64,000 nt of DNA from Gnetum montanum. Its lineage: Eukaryota; Plantae; Gnetophyta. Under the pieces are notes generated by a model that was not told where the DNA came from, did no database searches, and saw only the letters and a program-made list of their open reading frames with translations. Position numbers and translations under genes: made by a program. Below, in pieces: positions 1 to 14,018 of the stretch (the first letter of the stretch is position 1; each line of letters starts with the position of its first letter). The DNA is taken from assembly GCA_015680685.1 (NCBI GenBank), contig MNCI01000461.1, positions 152,607-216,606 of the forward strand. The letters are read 5' to 3'.

Positions 1-140
1 TTTTTTTTGGTCTTCATACTTAGCCATTTTTCTACATTTTTACACTTAGCCATTTTTTTTACATTTTTATGCTTATCCATTTTTTTTCTACTAGTATACT
101 TAGTCATTTTTCTGTAGTTTTTAGAGTTTTCCATTTTTTG
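1..140 (+). repeat. Leader tandem repeat (TACTTAGCCATTTTTT-type units, about 30 bp)
   Basis: Repeated ACTTAGCCATTTTT units; longer copy at 21925-22185, shorter ones at 10120-10220 and 32220-32300. Confidence 0.8.
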
Positions 141-174
141 CAAATAGCAACTCTGACAACATGATTTGTGAACA

Positions 175-3100
175 TGAATCTAGATCAACCTTCCATGTTG
201 GTGTTTGATACATTTGACATCATGATCCACCCAAAGCATGCCATGCTAAGACATGAGCAATACAATTTTATTTGTGGCAAGATCCAAGTAGGATTACTAG
301 TGGATCACCTCAACCTAGAGGCAAAACAAGATTACGAATGAGTCCATCGGGGTCGATAGGAGTACAACCCCTTCTTATTTGACATAATTCCACTCACAGA
401 GTTCTATCACTAGTTTTTGTCCCAACTAATCTGTGCAAATGAGCATGATGTAGGGACAACCTACAAAGAAGCCTCATAAGAGGAAGAAGATAAGTTTGAG
501 GCCTATTCCAAATGCAAGAGCCCCTTCTACACCATCTTCCATCAACCACTCCTTAGTATGGCCCCTCCTCAATTCGGTCCATCCATCCTCTCCAAGATGG
601 TGACCATGCTAATTCAGCCTTCCTTGCAAGATCACTACATTTTCTGAACCCTATGCTCATGTATGGGTCACCTCCCAACCCCAGATGATGTAGGCATCTT
701 ACATTTCTCCTGTCTCATCAGCACCAATGGTGTCCCTCCAACCCACTTGTGTGTGGCCCACCTTGGTCACAACGCCTATTGCTTAACCAACACATCAACT
801 AAACGCATCCACTACAACCCTAAATTGGCAACGATCATCTACTATGATGTTAAACTAGAAAACTCTGCAACCAACAATCCAACCCTATGCTATGCAACCA
901 ACATAATCCCAACCAATGCAACTAGCTAGCACATCCCCAATCTTGGATCAAGCATTCCAACTAATCCAAAGTTTGATAGAAGAGATCAACCAACTCAAAA
1001 CTACCTACTTTGAACTGTTAAGGTGGTTGACTTCTACCAAGATGACCCCATAAGTGCTACGGTCCCACCCCTAACTCTTCCAACTGGGGTCTAGCTATCT
1101 CAACTCACTAAGTACAATGGTAAATGGGATCCAAATGCAGACTTGTTCACATTTCAATCTAAGTGCTTGCTCCTTCAAGCTTGGCCACATGAAATCATGC
1201 ACGTGTTCACCATGTCACTCACTAGCAAGGCCTTAGACTAGTATCCTGCACTACCCAAGGCCTCAATCTCTTCTTTGTAGGATCTCATAAGCTACTTTGC
1301 GACATGCTTTTGGTACAACCTAAGCCCTAAAGCAACCCTTGACCAGCTCATGTAGGTTAAGTAAGGGTCCTTAAAGCCCATGCAAAAATTTCTCCAATGT
1401 TGGAATGCTGCATTGAGTGAAATGCATGAACCCCTAGTAGAGACACACCTACTGGCCATCTTCAAGGGTGTAGTGAACAACTTCATCAAGTCCAAGCTAT
1501 ATTACCTGGCCCCAAAGTCTCTTAGCCAAGCCTTTTCCTAAACAAAGGGCATAGAGGAGGCAGCATAGGCTAGCAATGACCCTACCTATGTGGCCTACAG
1601 AAACCAACATGTGCACAAGTAAGAAGTAACACTAGCAATAGTGGCCGTAAGCACAAAAGTGACCAGCTAGGGCCCAACAACTATGTAGCCCAAAGCTCTA
1701 GATTAAAAAGCCATCAACTTTGGCACCAAATCACCTACATTGGCAAGGGCAACCCCAAGGCCTAAGTTTGAGCCCAAGGATTACTCAAAGTATACATTAC
1801 TACTGATGGAACCCTTTAAATTGCTGGAGCAACTCCTAAAAGCTAGGCAAATTCAATACAAACACATATCAGAGATTACCCACCAAAAACATGATAGGTA
1901 TAGAGAAATACTAAGGAGTCCTACCTTAGTAGTACCAAACGAGCCCCAGATCCTATAAAATTTCAACTTGGATAAATACTATCATTACTACCAGATGTTT
2001 GATCATAATATGAACAATTGTCATGCTTTGCAAGATGACTTGCAAATAATGATAGAATAGGATTAACTAGTGCACATTACAGTGAGCCAATCCAATGCCA
2101 ATGACACCCCCTACATCATAAACTCTATTAGTGTAGGTGACAAGTCTAAACCTACATAACAACCTTTTGTGATTTGTGTGCATCCTAGCAAGGCAAGGAT
2201 CCCCTAGCCTCCACAAGCAAGAGGCCCTCCTTTATTATCAAAGTGCTAGCTCAGGCACCCACAACACCCTTTGTGGTTAAGGTTCCACAACAATCATTTG
2301 CTAAGATGTTAAACTGGCAACCAAACCAACCATCCACTAAGACATTAAACTAGCATGATGCGGCAACAACAACCACTAATCTACCTTTTGTCATTAAGGT
2401 GCCACAATGAGTTGGTCCTACAAAAACTCCTAAACCACCATTTGTCGTAAGGGTGCCACAATGTGATGGCCCCTCACTTACCCAAAGTCCAAGAGTAAGA
2501 AATGTCTTAGTCTCTTTTCCTTCAAGCACAAACCCCACTAATAACCCAGGTAGGCCTACCAAATGGTAACAAAAGAGGACGAACAAGTGCCTTGCAACCC
2601 CCATGGCTGAAGCAAAGGCCATAACTAGCAAGCAACAAATAAACACTAAGGATCCTACCACAAGCCAAGCAACCTAAGCCCAAGTCCCCTCCATAAGAGA
2701 TCTATCTCTCAAGCCATATGGAGGAAGTCAAGGCCAACACAACAGTCAATGACAAGGACTTTGTAGCTGCACTAACCCAAGTGAAACAAATGCTCAAGCA
2801 AAAGAACATAATGTTGAGCTTGTACAACCTAGTCATGGCCTGATCTGCTCACTACCAAGCCTTGGCCCAGATGTTGGCCTCCATTCCTATTACAAAGGGC
2901 ATCCTTGTAGATGAGAACACCATCCATGCAATGATGTCACGCCCTACACCATAAGAGTTGAGTTCAACGTCCCTAGCATTTTGTGATAATGCAATCAAGG
3001 TCAATCCCAAAAGAAGGGAGGTCATTATAGCTTCACTATCTATTAGCATATGTGTTGGGTAGTGCTTGATCCATAGAGTGCATGTCGATGATGGTGTAGC

Positions 3101-3639
3101 AAGAAACATAGTCGTATACTCCATCATTGATATGCTAGGCTTGGCAAATAAAATCAAGGGAACCAAAACCATGTGTCTAAAATCCTTCAATGGATCACCT
3201 GTCATCATCAACGGTATAATCAACTTAGCCTTTGTGGTAGGAGTGCAATTCCCCACTAGCATTGATTTAACTATCATAGATGAGATGCCAAGCTTCAACC
3301 TAATCCTGGGTAGGCCTTAGCTAGCTCAACTATGGGTTGTCTTCTCTTCCATGCACCAAGAAGTCCACCTTCCATACAAATGTGGTCAAGATATCATCTA
3401 CAATGATAATGCCTCCCCTCCAGCTATCCACAACATAGTCATGGAGCAAGTGTTGGAGGTGGATTTTCTTGGTGATGCATCTAAAGTAACCAACGTAATG
3501 CATGAGGCTGACACACCTGAAAAAGTGGTTGAAGCTAATAACCTCATAGAGGATCCTAGGCTCTATGCATCCCCTAATCTAAACCAAATGAGGAAACAAT
3601 TGCCTAATTAAGGAACTCCCTTGGCCAAAAATGTGTTAG
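175..3639 (+). pseudogene. gag-protease pseudogene of A1
   Basis: Retrotrans_gag-like KYNGKWDPNA..TF..KC, degenerate Cx2Hx4Hx4C-type knuckle near 1975-2030, protease-like RVHVDDGVARNIV...FNLILGRP (ORF 3066-3320); many stops. Confidence 0.88.
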
Positions 3640-4094
3640 GTGCCTACCTACCCGTTGTCTCCACCTGCCATGGATCTTTTACTTTCATTTGCATTGCACT
3701 AGTCTATGCATTTACATTTCACCTACTCACTTAGATCATGCATTTCATTCTATTCATGAATTTTTATGCATTCACCCACTTAGACTATGCATTACATTTG
3801 AAAAAAATCAAAAATAAAGAAAAATTATAAACATTAAAATTACAAAAACATCTATGGCTTACCATGGCCTTAAATTGGCAATTATGGCCCGAAAAGGCCT
3901 TAAACTAGTGTTGTGACCTGGAACAACCTAAAATTATTACTTTTCACATTGAATTCCTTTCATTTGTGCATTTTAACTCTATTTACAATAGTTGCCACTT
4001 GATGTTGATTTTCTAGTTGATTTTTGCAGGATCTTGTAGGTACAAAGCATGACTATGCATGTAGCATTGCACCTCACACAAGCAAGGTAAGCAC

Positions 4095-4320
4095 TCATCC
4101 ATCATGATGGAAAAAATTGGCATAAATAGTCTACTATGACTATAAACTGGCACGACATATCCTTGGGCTACAACATTAAACTAGCATCCATAGTTCATCC
4201 TTGGATCATGATGTTAAACTGGCATAATAGCTCATCCACTATGATGTTAAACTAGCACACAATAGTCTGCTAGGACTAAAACTAGCACACCATGGTCTAC
4301 TAAGATCTTAAACTGGGTTT
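4095..4320 (+). repeat. 3' UTR tandem array with TAAACTRGCA core (A1)
   Basis: About 7 units of roughly 30 bp, e.g. CTATGATGTTAAACTAGCAC. Confidence 0.8.
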
Positions 4321-5403
4321 TCACACTCACAACATCATCACCTCCCACCATTTTGTTAATCTTTGAAGCACCTACCATCAGTGCAGCCCTTGGGACACTC
4401 GCAACATCATCATCCTACCACTTTCATTACCTTCCTGAGAACTTGCAATTGGCACAACATTTGATGCATTTGTAGCATCTTCACATCTAGCACTTATAGC
4501 ATCTTCACATCTGGCATTTGCATTATCATTTCATGTTGTGTGGTTTTCTTATCTTTTTAGAGTTTTTTTTGTAGGACAAAGCCTTAGAGGTGGTTGTGAA
4601 GAGATGCATCTCATCGTACTGGGAATTTGCCACATCACCTTGATATGCATGATTAGGCTAGCAAAGCTGCTTAAGAGTGCACATCCCTCTCCTTCTCATT
4701 TTAGCCTATGCACACTTACTCTCACATTTCCATTCCCTCTTGCATTTCTTGCATTCCCCTACATGCAAACCCTCTAATGCATACATACTATAAATGCACA
4801 TGGCATTCTCTTCACATCAATCATAGAACCCTTGGTGGATGTAATGCAACTCATCTTGTGGGGAGCCTCTATTGGTTGGTCAAGGCTCAAGATCAATGGC
4901 CCACACCTTGCAGCTAGCAATCAATAGTAAGCCGAACCCATCAAGGGTTCACCTCATAACAAAGCAAAAAAGAAAAATAAAAAAAAAAGTAAAAAAACAA
5001 AAAAGGAGAATGAGGAAAAGTACATCCCCAAGAAAATTGACAATGCTACAACTTCACAACTAGCCTAGCCTTGGATTGACTTTGACTCTCTCATGAGCAC
5101 TCTAATGAGAGGTCAACATTTTAGGGGAAAGACATTTCATGTCATGATCACTGTTAGTCATGCTAACTTTGCATGTTACATTAGGACATACTATTTGCAT
5201 TTTATTTCCTTCGCTTGCATTTCATCTCCCTAGCACATTTCCTACACACTTTGCCCCAGCATACCCTTATCCATAGCACTCTTGAACATGGTGGAATGAC
5301 ATCCAATCTTGTACCAACGAGAGATGTTGATTGGTGCCACATCTACTGTGATGTTTTGCAATTCTTTGTCGACATCTCTCAGGCCACTCCTCTAGATGTC
5401 AAC

Positions 5404-5416
5404 AAGGAGGGGTCAT
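5404..5416 (+). other. Polypurine tract of A1
   Basis: AAGGAGGGG(TCAT) directly before the TGAAACACCA LTR start. Confidence 0.8.
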
Positions 5417-7059
5417 TGAAACACCACAAAATTTTGGATCTCAGTGTCTTGACTACAAATTTGGCTAAGTGTCAAAATGGTGGCACTTTGCCAAAATTAT
5501 TCTAAGTGTTAAGTGTAGTTAGCTCCAATTTATAGATTTGCAAAATTTTTTCTAAGTGTCAAAATGGTGACACAAGTTGCAAAATTTTTCTAAGTTTTCT
5601 ACTATGCTCTAGCACTATAGTTTTTACACTTGGCACTATAGCTGCTATGCTTGACACTGTAGCTATTACGCTTTACGCTATAGCTACTATGCTCCCCTAC
5701 GCTCAAGAGCATAGCAAGTGTAGCCAACACAAAAATGGCTAGTATTGTAGAATTTTTCTAAGTGTTGTGTTATGCTCCCACTACCCCTACTATGCTCTAG
5801 AGTGTATCTAGCATAGCTAGCACCTCAATGGCCAATTTTTCCTAAGTGTCAAGCCAGAAGCTATCAAGCTAGCTCAACATGGAAGAGGCATTTGGTAGAT
5901 TTTCTAACTCTTGAGGCTACCCCTCCTACTACACTCCAAAACATAACTAGCATATCAAGAATAAGGACTGCAATTTTTACTAGATTCTTCTAAGTGTCCA
6001 TGCTATGCCTTGTCCTTAGGGAGCATCCTGTGTCCCACATGTAACATAAGAGGAGCATAGTAAAAATACTTAGAAAACTTTTTGAACTTTTTTTTGTCAT
6101 CTTTGATATTAGAAATTTTTTTGAATTTTTCTCATAGTCACACCTACCACACTATGACATGGTGCCCAATCCACATTTTGGGTTAACCCTAATCCTATAA
6201 ATACCCCTATGCCCCAATTTTTTAAGGGTTGGTTAGCTTCCATTTTTTACCAGTTGGTAGTTGGCATCTTCATTTGGAATTTGGCATTTTGGCATTGTTG
6301 CACTTAGCTCTATTGGTGAATGAGACCTAGAGTACACCACACTAGCAGAGAGGCATCCTTGCACTACATGGTACATTATGGCCCCATTATAACCCTACAT
6401 TGCATAGTACACTATGACCCTATTGTAGCCTTGCATCACATGGTACACCACAATGGCCAACTAGGTAAGCACGGTTCATCACAGCGAGCACCAGACTTCA
6501 TGGTCCAACACCATATAGATTGTGACTATGCTCCCACTGCACCTATTGTACACTATGTATCCTCTGAGATCCTTTTGGAGTTAACTATGCTCTCATTTGG
6601 GGCGGTGTTTCATTTCTCTCTCTTATTTCTAACATTTTATTGCATTTTTATTGCATCTTTTTGCACTTTTTCACATGTTGTCACGTTGTACTATGCTTGG
6701 GCAGTAGTCTCTGCTAGTTGACACCCTCATTCTGGTTGAAACCCTTGGCTTCGCTTGCCCCCATTCTGTGGCTACACTCTACAATTAGCACCATGAAGCA
6801 TCACTCTACTAGGCAAAATTGGCCATTGAAACACTTAGCACTATTTCACATCACTTGCATTTTCATTTTGGCTAACCATGCCAACCCCCAGTTGCACCCA
6901 CCACCCTAGTTGCAATTGCCAGAATGCCTATTCGATTAACAAGACCATTTACAGTGCTCCACCTTCATTTCCAACAAGGTCCTTGTGTAGAGGCAAGGTT
7001 AAGGTTGTGCATTTGTTGACCCCTCGGTGTTCCAGCTGCCAACATTTTTGGTTGTTACA
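5417..7059 (+). repeat. 3' LTR of A1
   Basis: TG...CA termini, homologous to 20146-21705 and 27517-29134, TATAAATA at 6196. Confidence 0.92.
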
Positions 7060-7709
7060 CCTACAAATTACAGTAATTTGTTAGCAATCATGGTAGAAAT
7101 TTGTAGCACCAAAATAGATACCACAACTTATTTAATGAAAATTTGAATAATTGAATGGACTTTTGGCAAAATAGCAATTAACTAAGCATTGGACACTCTC
7201 AGAGTGATTGCATAGTAGTGAAAAGTGAAGCAACCATTTCAAAATTTTTTGAATCAATGTAGTAGATATGATCCAAAGAACAATCGAGTTTTGGAAATTG
7301 AAGCTTGAAAGAACCTGGATTATGCAATGGATTATAGAACATAACATGCTAGTTTTACTATACTTCAAGCATCATTTCAACTCATTGTGCACTTAGGCAT
7401 ATACTTGTACACATTTGAACTTTATTTTATTAGCATTTCTATTATTTGAGTAAAATTTATAGTTCATTTATTTATGCAAGTTCATCATTTGAAAATTACA
7501 AGTTTATTTTGTATCATTTCTCTAGTTTTGGATCTACAAATTTTTTAAAATTTATTTTCATTTTTTCATACTTTCTAAGTCCTTGGGTGATCGACAAGAT
7601 TGTTCAAGGTACCTTAGATTATCTTTCTTGGAGGCCCTTAGGATCTAAGGTTAAATGTTTTTCATGAGAGATCTTTAATTTTCCAGCATTGAATTTTTTT
7701 AGTGTAACG
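7060..7709 (+). repeat. 3' part of the D-family 5' LTR (duplicate copy), followed by a degenerate PBS at about 7715-7731
   Basis: Homologous to 29135-29788 and 53998-54645; followed by TTTAACATTAAAAGGAGG. Confidence 0.85.
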
Positions 7710-8101
7710 AAATTTAACATTAAAAGGAGGACCTCTTCACAACTTCTTCACCTAATCCAACCTACCCTTTCAAAGCCAAGTTTCATAAATTTAATGTTTT
7801 AAAATTGACATTGAACCTAATAAGAAACCAACGTTGCTATCCATCTTGCTACAACTAATACCTAGCATAGTTGTTGTAGTCAGTTTGGGTGTTGTTGTGA
7901 AATTTAGAGTAGTTGCTAGACTTTTGGAGGCTTCTACAAACTCCTTGTAGTCCCTAAGGTATCTGATCTCCTTTGCCTACTGTTTGGTTTTCTATTCCAA
8001 TGCTACAACTCTTTTCCATAGGAATTCATTGGAATGTTCGCAATTCCATGAAGTCTTGGCCATTGAGAGAACACATTCAATGGAACTCTTGTATAACCTT
8101 T

Positions 8102-9774
8102 TGAAACACCACCAAATTCAGGTGATAGTACCTGAATGGAAGATTTGTCTAAGTTCGAACATGAGATAATTTTTTTTGAAAGTTTGTCCCATGCTTCCAC
8201 TATTGGGCCTACGCTCTAGAGTGTAGTCAGCATAGCACATAGCACAGAGCTAGATCTATAAGATTTTCTAAGTGTTGTGCTACACTCCCATTCTTCTTGC
8301 TATGCTCTAGAGCATAGTTAGCATACCATCCACTTTAGTAGCTAGTTTTTCCTATGTGTCAAGCCAAAAACTATCAAGCTAGCCTAGCATGGAGGTAGCA
8401 TTTTGGAAAATTTTCTAACTCTTCAGGTTACCCCTCCTACTATGCTCCAAAGCATAGCTAATGTAGCCTAGATAAAGGTTGCAAGTTTTGCCAATTTTTT
8501 CTAAGTGTTAGTGCCATGCTCTCATTTTTCCTACTATGCTCTAGAGCATAGCTAGTGTAGCTATCATTGGACTTCAATTTTTGTAGAATTTTCCTAACTA
8601 TTGGGTTACTCTCTAGAGCATAGCTAGCATTGCAATATAGGGTAGTCTCCAAAAGCTTCCAGAGCTCAACATCAGCCTCCATCATAGCTCTATTGCTTCT
8701 CCAATAAGTAGGATTAGTAGTTTTCATCTTTCTTGCATCCCCTATTTTTCCCAAATTGTACCTACACTCGACTCCACTCGAAAGAGGGGAGAGAATATTC
8801 TTGAAGCATAGCCTTCAAATTGCATTATTTTGCACTATTTCCAAGTACACTATGGTCTCTTTGGCCTTAGCACATTTAGTCTTGGTAGTGTAGTCACAGT
8901 CTAGCAGCCTTAGGATCCATTAGAGCACACTAGAGTGTAGCATAATTTTTCTCTAGTGGAAGTATAGCTAGGATCAACATAGCCTCAACTACCCCCTCTG
9001 CCACGTGGCACCTGATCCACACTTCATGTCAACCCTAACCTTATAAATATCCCTACGTTTCACATTTTAGGGGTTGGAAATTTAATTTAGTGGTTGACAT
9101 TTTGAAGCATTTACTGAGCATTTTCATTCAGTAGTTGGCAACTTGGCATTAGCACTCTTGCACTTGAACACCCTTAGCACCTTGACAAAACTTTGGGATA
9201 CCACTAGACATTACAGCAGACCACAACCCATAGGAGCAACTATGGTAGCCAACCTAGCAGGCACAGACCTCATAGTGGATGTTAATTTTTATAGCCCAAA
9301 CACCCTAGAGATTGTAACTATGTTGTCTACTATTCTCATCTATATGTTGTGTACCTCCTCTCCTCTCTTTTGCAATTGCTATGATCGCCCTAATTGGGGC
9401 ATTGCCATTCTTCTTCTCTCAAACTCCATTGCATTTTCAAGTATTTTCTTTGGCATTTAGCATCACACTTGCATTTTTTTTGCTATTTTACACGTATTTG
9501 TACATTTTCACCATCATTTTCATACCAAAACACCCTACTATGCTTGGGCCTAGTTAGCCTTGGTACCACTAAAAACACCATGTGAACCTTCCTAGCACTT
9601 TTTTGTTGAAACACTCCATAAGTCCTACTTCAATCGACAAGATCATTCTAAGCACTTCATCTCTATTTTCACCCTCCAATGACATCATTTTGGATGGGGT
9701 GTGGTTAGGGCTGTATTGCAACCATGGACCCCTTAGTGTGACCATTCTAGCCACTAATGTTTTTGGTTCCTAGA
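8102..9774 (+). repeat. 5' LTR of B1
   Basis: Starts TGAAACACCA after CCTTT; homologous to 30178-31856 and 41241-42948. Confidence 0.9.
9000..9052 (+). promoter_or_regulatory. LTR core promoter: G-box, telo-box-like motif, TATA
   Basis: GCCACGTGGC at 9000-9009, AACCCTAA at 9031, TATAAATA at about 9042; same order in the other B LTRs and partly in the A and E LTRs. Confidence 0.65.
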
Positions 9775-9780
9775 ATTTTT

Positions 9781-9797
9781 TGGTGCTAGAAGGAGGG
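9781..9797 (+). other. Primer binding site (tRNA-Asn type)
   Basis: TGGTGCTAGAAGGAGGG, one transition from the complement of the plant tRNA-Asn(GUU) 3' end CCCTCCTTCTAGCGCCA (recalled, not searched). Confidence 0.8.
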
Positions 9798-10256
9798 TCG
9801 TGTCATTTCCTTCTACATTTAGTGGTAGTCCTATGTGCTATCTACACCTCCATCATAGCTTTGGGCTAGCATAGAACTCAAACCCCTATGGAACTACCAT
9901 GGTAGTAGCTGGATCATAGGCTAGTGTAGGAGTTTTCTATGAGTTGGTTAGTGTAAATTGAACCAAATTGTCAGTTCCCTTAGAACCCTATTGGACGAAA
10001 GCCAAAGTGTATCTTTGGCACTTAGTCAAAACTCTGTGTGCTCAAGAGAGCATAGCTAGCTCTTAATGTGAGAGCATAGTAGGCCTTAACATAGCTAGCA
10101 TAACACACCACTGTTAGTTTTTTCTTTAGTAGCATTTTTAGACTTAGCCATGTTCTTGGAATTTTTTAGCATCTTCTTACGTAGCCATTTTTTTAGTATT
10201 TCTATACTTAGACATTTTTTTAGCATCTGCAAGTTTTGCATTTCTTGCATACCATC

Positions 10257-13200
10257 ATGAACCCTGAGTAGCCTTCAACCTCCATCCTAAGCACTGTTGT
10301 TTTCCAACCTGGTCAACAAAAGGTCATAATTGATCTTCTTGGGGTTGGGGGGTGTACTTTCATAGAGAGGAAATCGCTCAAAATATGTAACCAACCACCT
10401 GAGTACATGGTACTTGATTATGAAAAATATAACTTCCTTCACATGAAACTCTAGGTGGGTCTATCCCCATACCACTAAGAAATGGATACCAAATGAGGTT
10501 ATAAAATCATACAATAGAACAAGAGGGAGTATTTCCCTACCCCTAATAATTTCATTCCACTCACCAAAACCTTTCGGTGGTTGCTTGACCAACTTGTTCA
10601 ACTAAGTAGGTCGAATGAGCATGATGTGACAACTGATTACGAGGAGTCCTTGCAAGATGGGTAGCATGAGTTTGAGGCTTGTTTAGAGAATCAGAACCCC
10701 TTTTATGCCTATTTCTATCAAGCTACCTCTAGTTTCATCCCTCAGTAGTCCCAACCATCTACCTTCTATCAAGTGTTTACGTCCTCTTTATCACCCCCTA
10801 GGTCAACCCTTGTGGTGGAAAGTCATCAAGTGTATGCACATCAGGGTGTAAGACCATCTATCATCCCAACCTTTGTACATGAAATGCATCAAGATGCAAG
10901 ACCATCTACCATCCTCCCTTCATGACATCTGCATAGTTTGCATAATGCTTCCTACTAGCATCCATCATGCCCACGCAACCTTATGTGCACACTATCCTTA
11001 TATCCAACTGCCACCGGCTTAGGCATTGTATGTTCTGCCTATCCCATATGCACTTCCTACAATGACATAAGCAAAAACTATGTGGTGGGCCTAAGATTTT
11101 TTTCCCATTGTGTAGCCTACACAATAGTACATGCAATAGCATATGCAACAGGCATCTCGCATGGTCGTGTAGCCCACAGTGGGGCCATGGGTCACTCAAG
11201 TAGCATAGTAGGCAACACAACCAGTGCAACCCATTACATCCACCCCAAGCTTGGACCAAGCATTCCAGCTCTTCTAGATGATCATTGAGGAGGTTAAGCA
11301 ACTCAAAGACCCCTCCTATAAAATGATCCATATGATGTATTTTTACCAAGATGACCTAATCATTCCTACAATCTCATCACTTATCCTACCTCATAGAGTC
11401 CAACTTCCCCAGTTTACTAAATACAACGGTGAAGGGGATCCTAATGCCCATTTAGTGATCTTCCATTCTAATTGCTTTTTGTTGCAAGCATGGCCACATG
11501 AAATCATCCATGCATTTTCCATGTCCTTAACTAGCAAGGAACTAGACTGGTACTGTGTGCTTCCCAGGGCCTCCATATCTTCCTTAGAGGAATTGCTCAG
11601 TCAATTCATCACTTGCTTCAAGTACAACTTAAAGCCTGAGGTAACCTTGGATCAACTAATGTAAATCAAGTAAGGCAACTTAGAGCCTATGCAAAAATTT
11701 ATCCAGTGTTGGAGCACTGTACTTAATGAAATTCGTGGGCCCATTGTAGAAACCCACCTATTGGCCATCTTCAAAGGTGTAGTAGTTGAAGCTGTACTAC
11801 CTTGCCTTGCACTCCCTGAGCCAAGCATTTGCTGAAATGAAGAGCATTCAAGATGTGGTTGAATCCAGTAAAGAATTGGCCTATGTGGCCTACAAAAATG
11901 CACATGCAAAGAAGGATAAGAAAAAGGGCAAGGCAACCACAACTATTGCAATGATGGCTAATGAGGCCAGGCCAAACAACACCAAACCAATGGCCAAGGT
12001 AGCCAAGGCCCTGACCAATAGCAAGGCATCTAGCTCTGGCACTATGATGATTAACCAATCCACACCATTGGTGACCATGAGGCAAGCTATCCCAAGGCCA
12101 AACTTTGAGCAGAAGGACTACTAGAAGTATACACCATTGCCCATCAAGCCATTGGAGCTCTTATGTCAACTACTTAACATTGGGCACATCCAGTGTAAGC
12201 AGATGTCTGGAGATGCTTACAAGCATCATGATCACTACTGCAAGCTCCTCAAAAATCCATCAGTAGCCACACCAAATAATCCTTTGATCCCCAAACATTT
12301 TAGGTTGGACCAGTTTTGCCATTACCATCAATTTCCTAGCCATGAAAAATATTTTTGCATGGCTTTATGAGATGACATACAATGCATGATTGATCAAGGC
12401 TAACTGGTCCTTGATGTAACCAGACTAATTTTCTTGGAGAATCAATTAATGAAGGTCTATAAAGGCCCTCTCAATGCAAGTGGCATAGGCTACATTATCA
12501 ATTCCATCAGCATTAAGGATGACTTAGAATTGGCACAAGAACCATTCATGATTTGTGTGTCCTTTGGCAACATTGGGGCCTTCTCAACATCAACTAGTTT
12601 GAAGTACCTTTTTGTCGGGCATCCATGATACCCTTTGTGATTAGGGCCCTATAGTACATTATAGAGATAGCAACCTAGACACCTTTTGTCATTAGGGTGC
12701 CTCAATCTATGGAACCCTCACTTACTCAAAGTCTAGTATTAGGGACTGTGTTAGGCCATGCTTGCCCAAGGCCTCATCCCACATACAACACCAAGCAATT
12801 TAGGTGGTAGCATAGGAGGTCCAACAAATGCCTCACTGATAAAATGATTGGAAAAAATTTGGAGCTATGTCCACCTAATCACATCCCCTTGTATTCTATT
12901 CCCATGCCTACATTAGCCAAAATAGCCACTGCAAGGAACCAACAACCTAGTACCAAGGCTAAAAATAGACAAAGCAAGCCAAGCCCAAATCTCCTCCCTA
13001 AGAGATTTGTCTCTTGGGCCACATGAGGGAGATGAAGGCCAACAAAGAAACTAATAGTGGTAAGCATTTCTTTGATGTGTTGGCACAAGTCAAATAGGCT
13101 TTAAAACAAAAAAACATAGCCTTGAGTGTGTATGACTTGGTCATGACCTCTTCCACTCATTGTGAAGCATTAGTTCACATGTTGACCTCCATTTTGGTTA

Positions 13201-14018
13201 AGGAGGACATCCCAATGGATGAACAATCCATCAATGCTATGATGCTTTCCCCCAAATCATAAATATTAGGTTCAACACCCCTAGCATTTCACAATGAGGT
13301 GATTAAGATTGATCTTGAAAGGGTCAAGTCATCAGCATGCCAATGTTCATAACAATCCGCATAAGGCAATGTAAGATTCATAGGATGCACATTGATGATG
13401 GGGTGGCAACTAACGTCATCCCATTCCTAGTCATTGACCAACTTGATCTCATTGAAAAAATCAAACCCATGAAGAAAACGTGCCTAAAGTCCTTTAATAG
13501 GTCATGCATTGTTATAAGGGGGATAGTCATAATAGCTTTCATGGTAGGGGATTAGTTCCCTACAATAGCTGAATTCATTGTCATTGAGGAGATGCCTAGG
13601 TTCAATTTGATCTTGGGAAGGCCTTAGCTAGCCTAATTGTAGGTTGTCTCCTTGGCCATCCACCAAGAAATCCACCTTTCATACAAAGGTGGAGAAGTGA
13701 TTATACATGCTGACAATGTAGCCCCTCTGACCATTAACAACCTTAACATAGAACAATGGTTCGAGGTAGAGTTCCCTAACGACACATCACCCATGAGGGA
13801 TGAGGGTCAACCTTGCATGGTAGACATACCCAAGGAACCAAAAGAAGCCAATGACCTTCTTGAGGAAGCTCTATGGGTAGAGTTACCCTTTGGCATCATA
13901 GATGAGGGTCTAGGTAAATATCACCTCATGTTGCCTAGGCCCTATGCACCCCCTAACCTACATCAGGTTATAAAGCAACTACATAACTAAGGCATCCCCT
14001 TAGTTTAACATCTGCTAG
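10257..14018 (+). pseudogene. gag-protease pseudogene of B1
   Basis: LPQFTKYNGEGDPNAHL...F.MSLT.K.LDWY (11278-11664), FCHYHQFPSHEKYFC knuckle (12137-12370), RMHIDDGVATNVI protease (13337-13555). Confidence 0.9.

Larger units (their letters stand above)
1..7059 (+). mobile_element. Tat-clade Ty3/gypsy non-autonomous LTR retrotransposon A1 (5' end outside window)
   Basis: Degenerate gag-pro, no RT/RH/INT, PPT, 3' LTR 5417-7059 followed by CCTAC; colinear with A2 at an offset of about 22.04 kb. Confidence 0.9.

Noticed and set aside
2350-3298. Minus-strand ORFs 2350-2661 and 2852-3298 (and 24395-25348)
   Set aside because: Antisense shadows of gag-pro; they recur only because of the duplication
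6320-9773. Hydrophobic ORFs such as 6320-6721, 7446-7667 and 9143-9460 as membrane or env proteins
   Set aside because: They lie in T-rich LTR sequence, and frames and ends vary among LTR copies
5417-9774. Tandem elements sharing one LTR
   Set aside because: TSDs and the empty site show independent nested insertions into D
9781-9797. tRNA gene
   Set aside because: Only a 17-nt complement of a tRNA 3' end next to an LTR, i.e. a PBS
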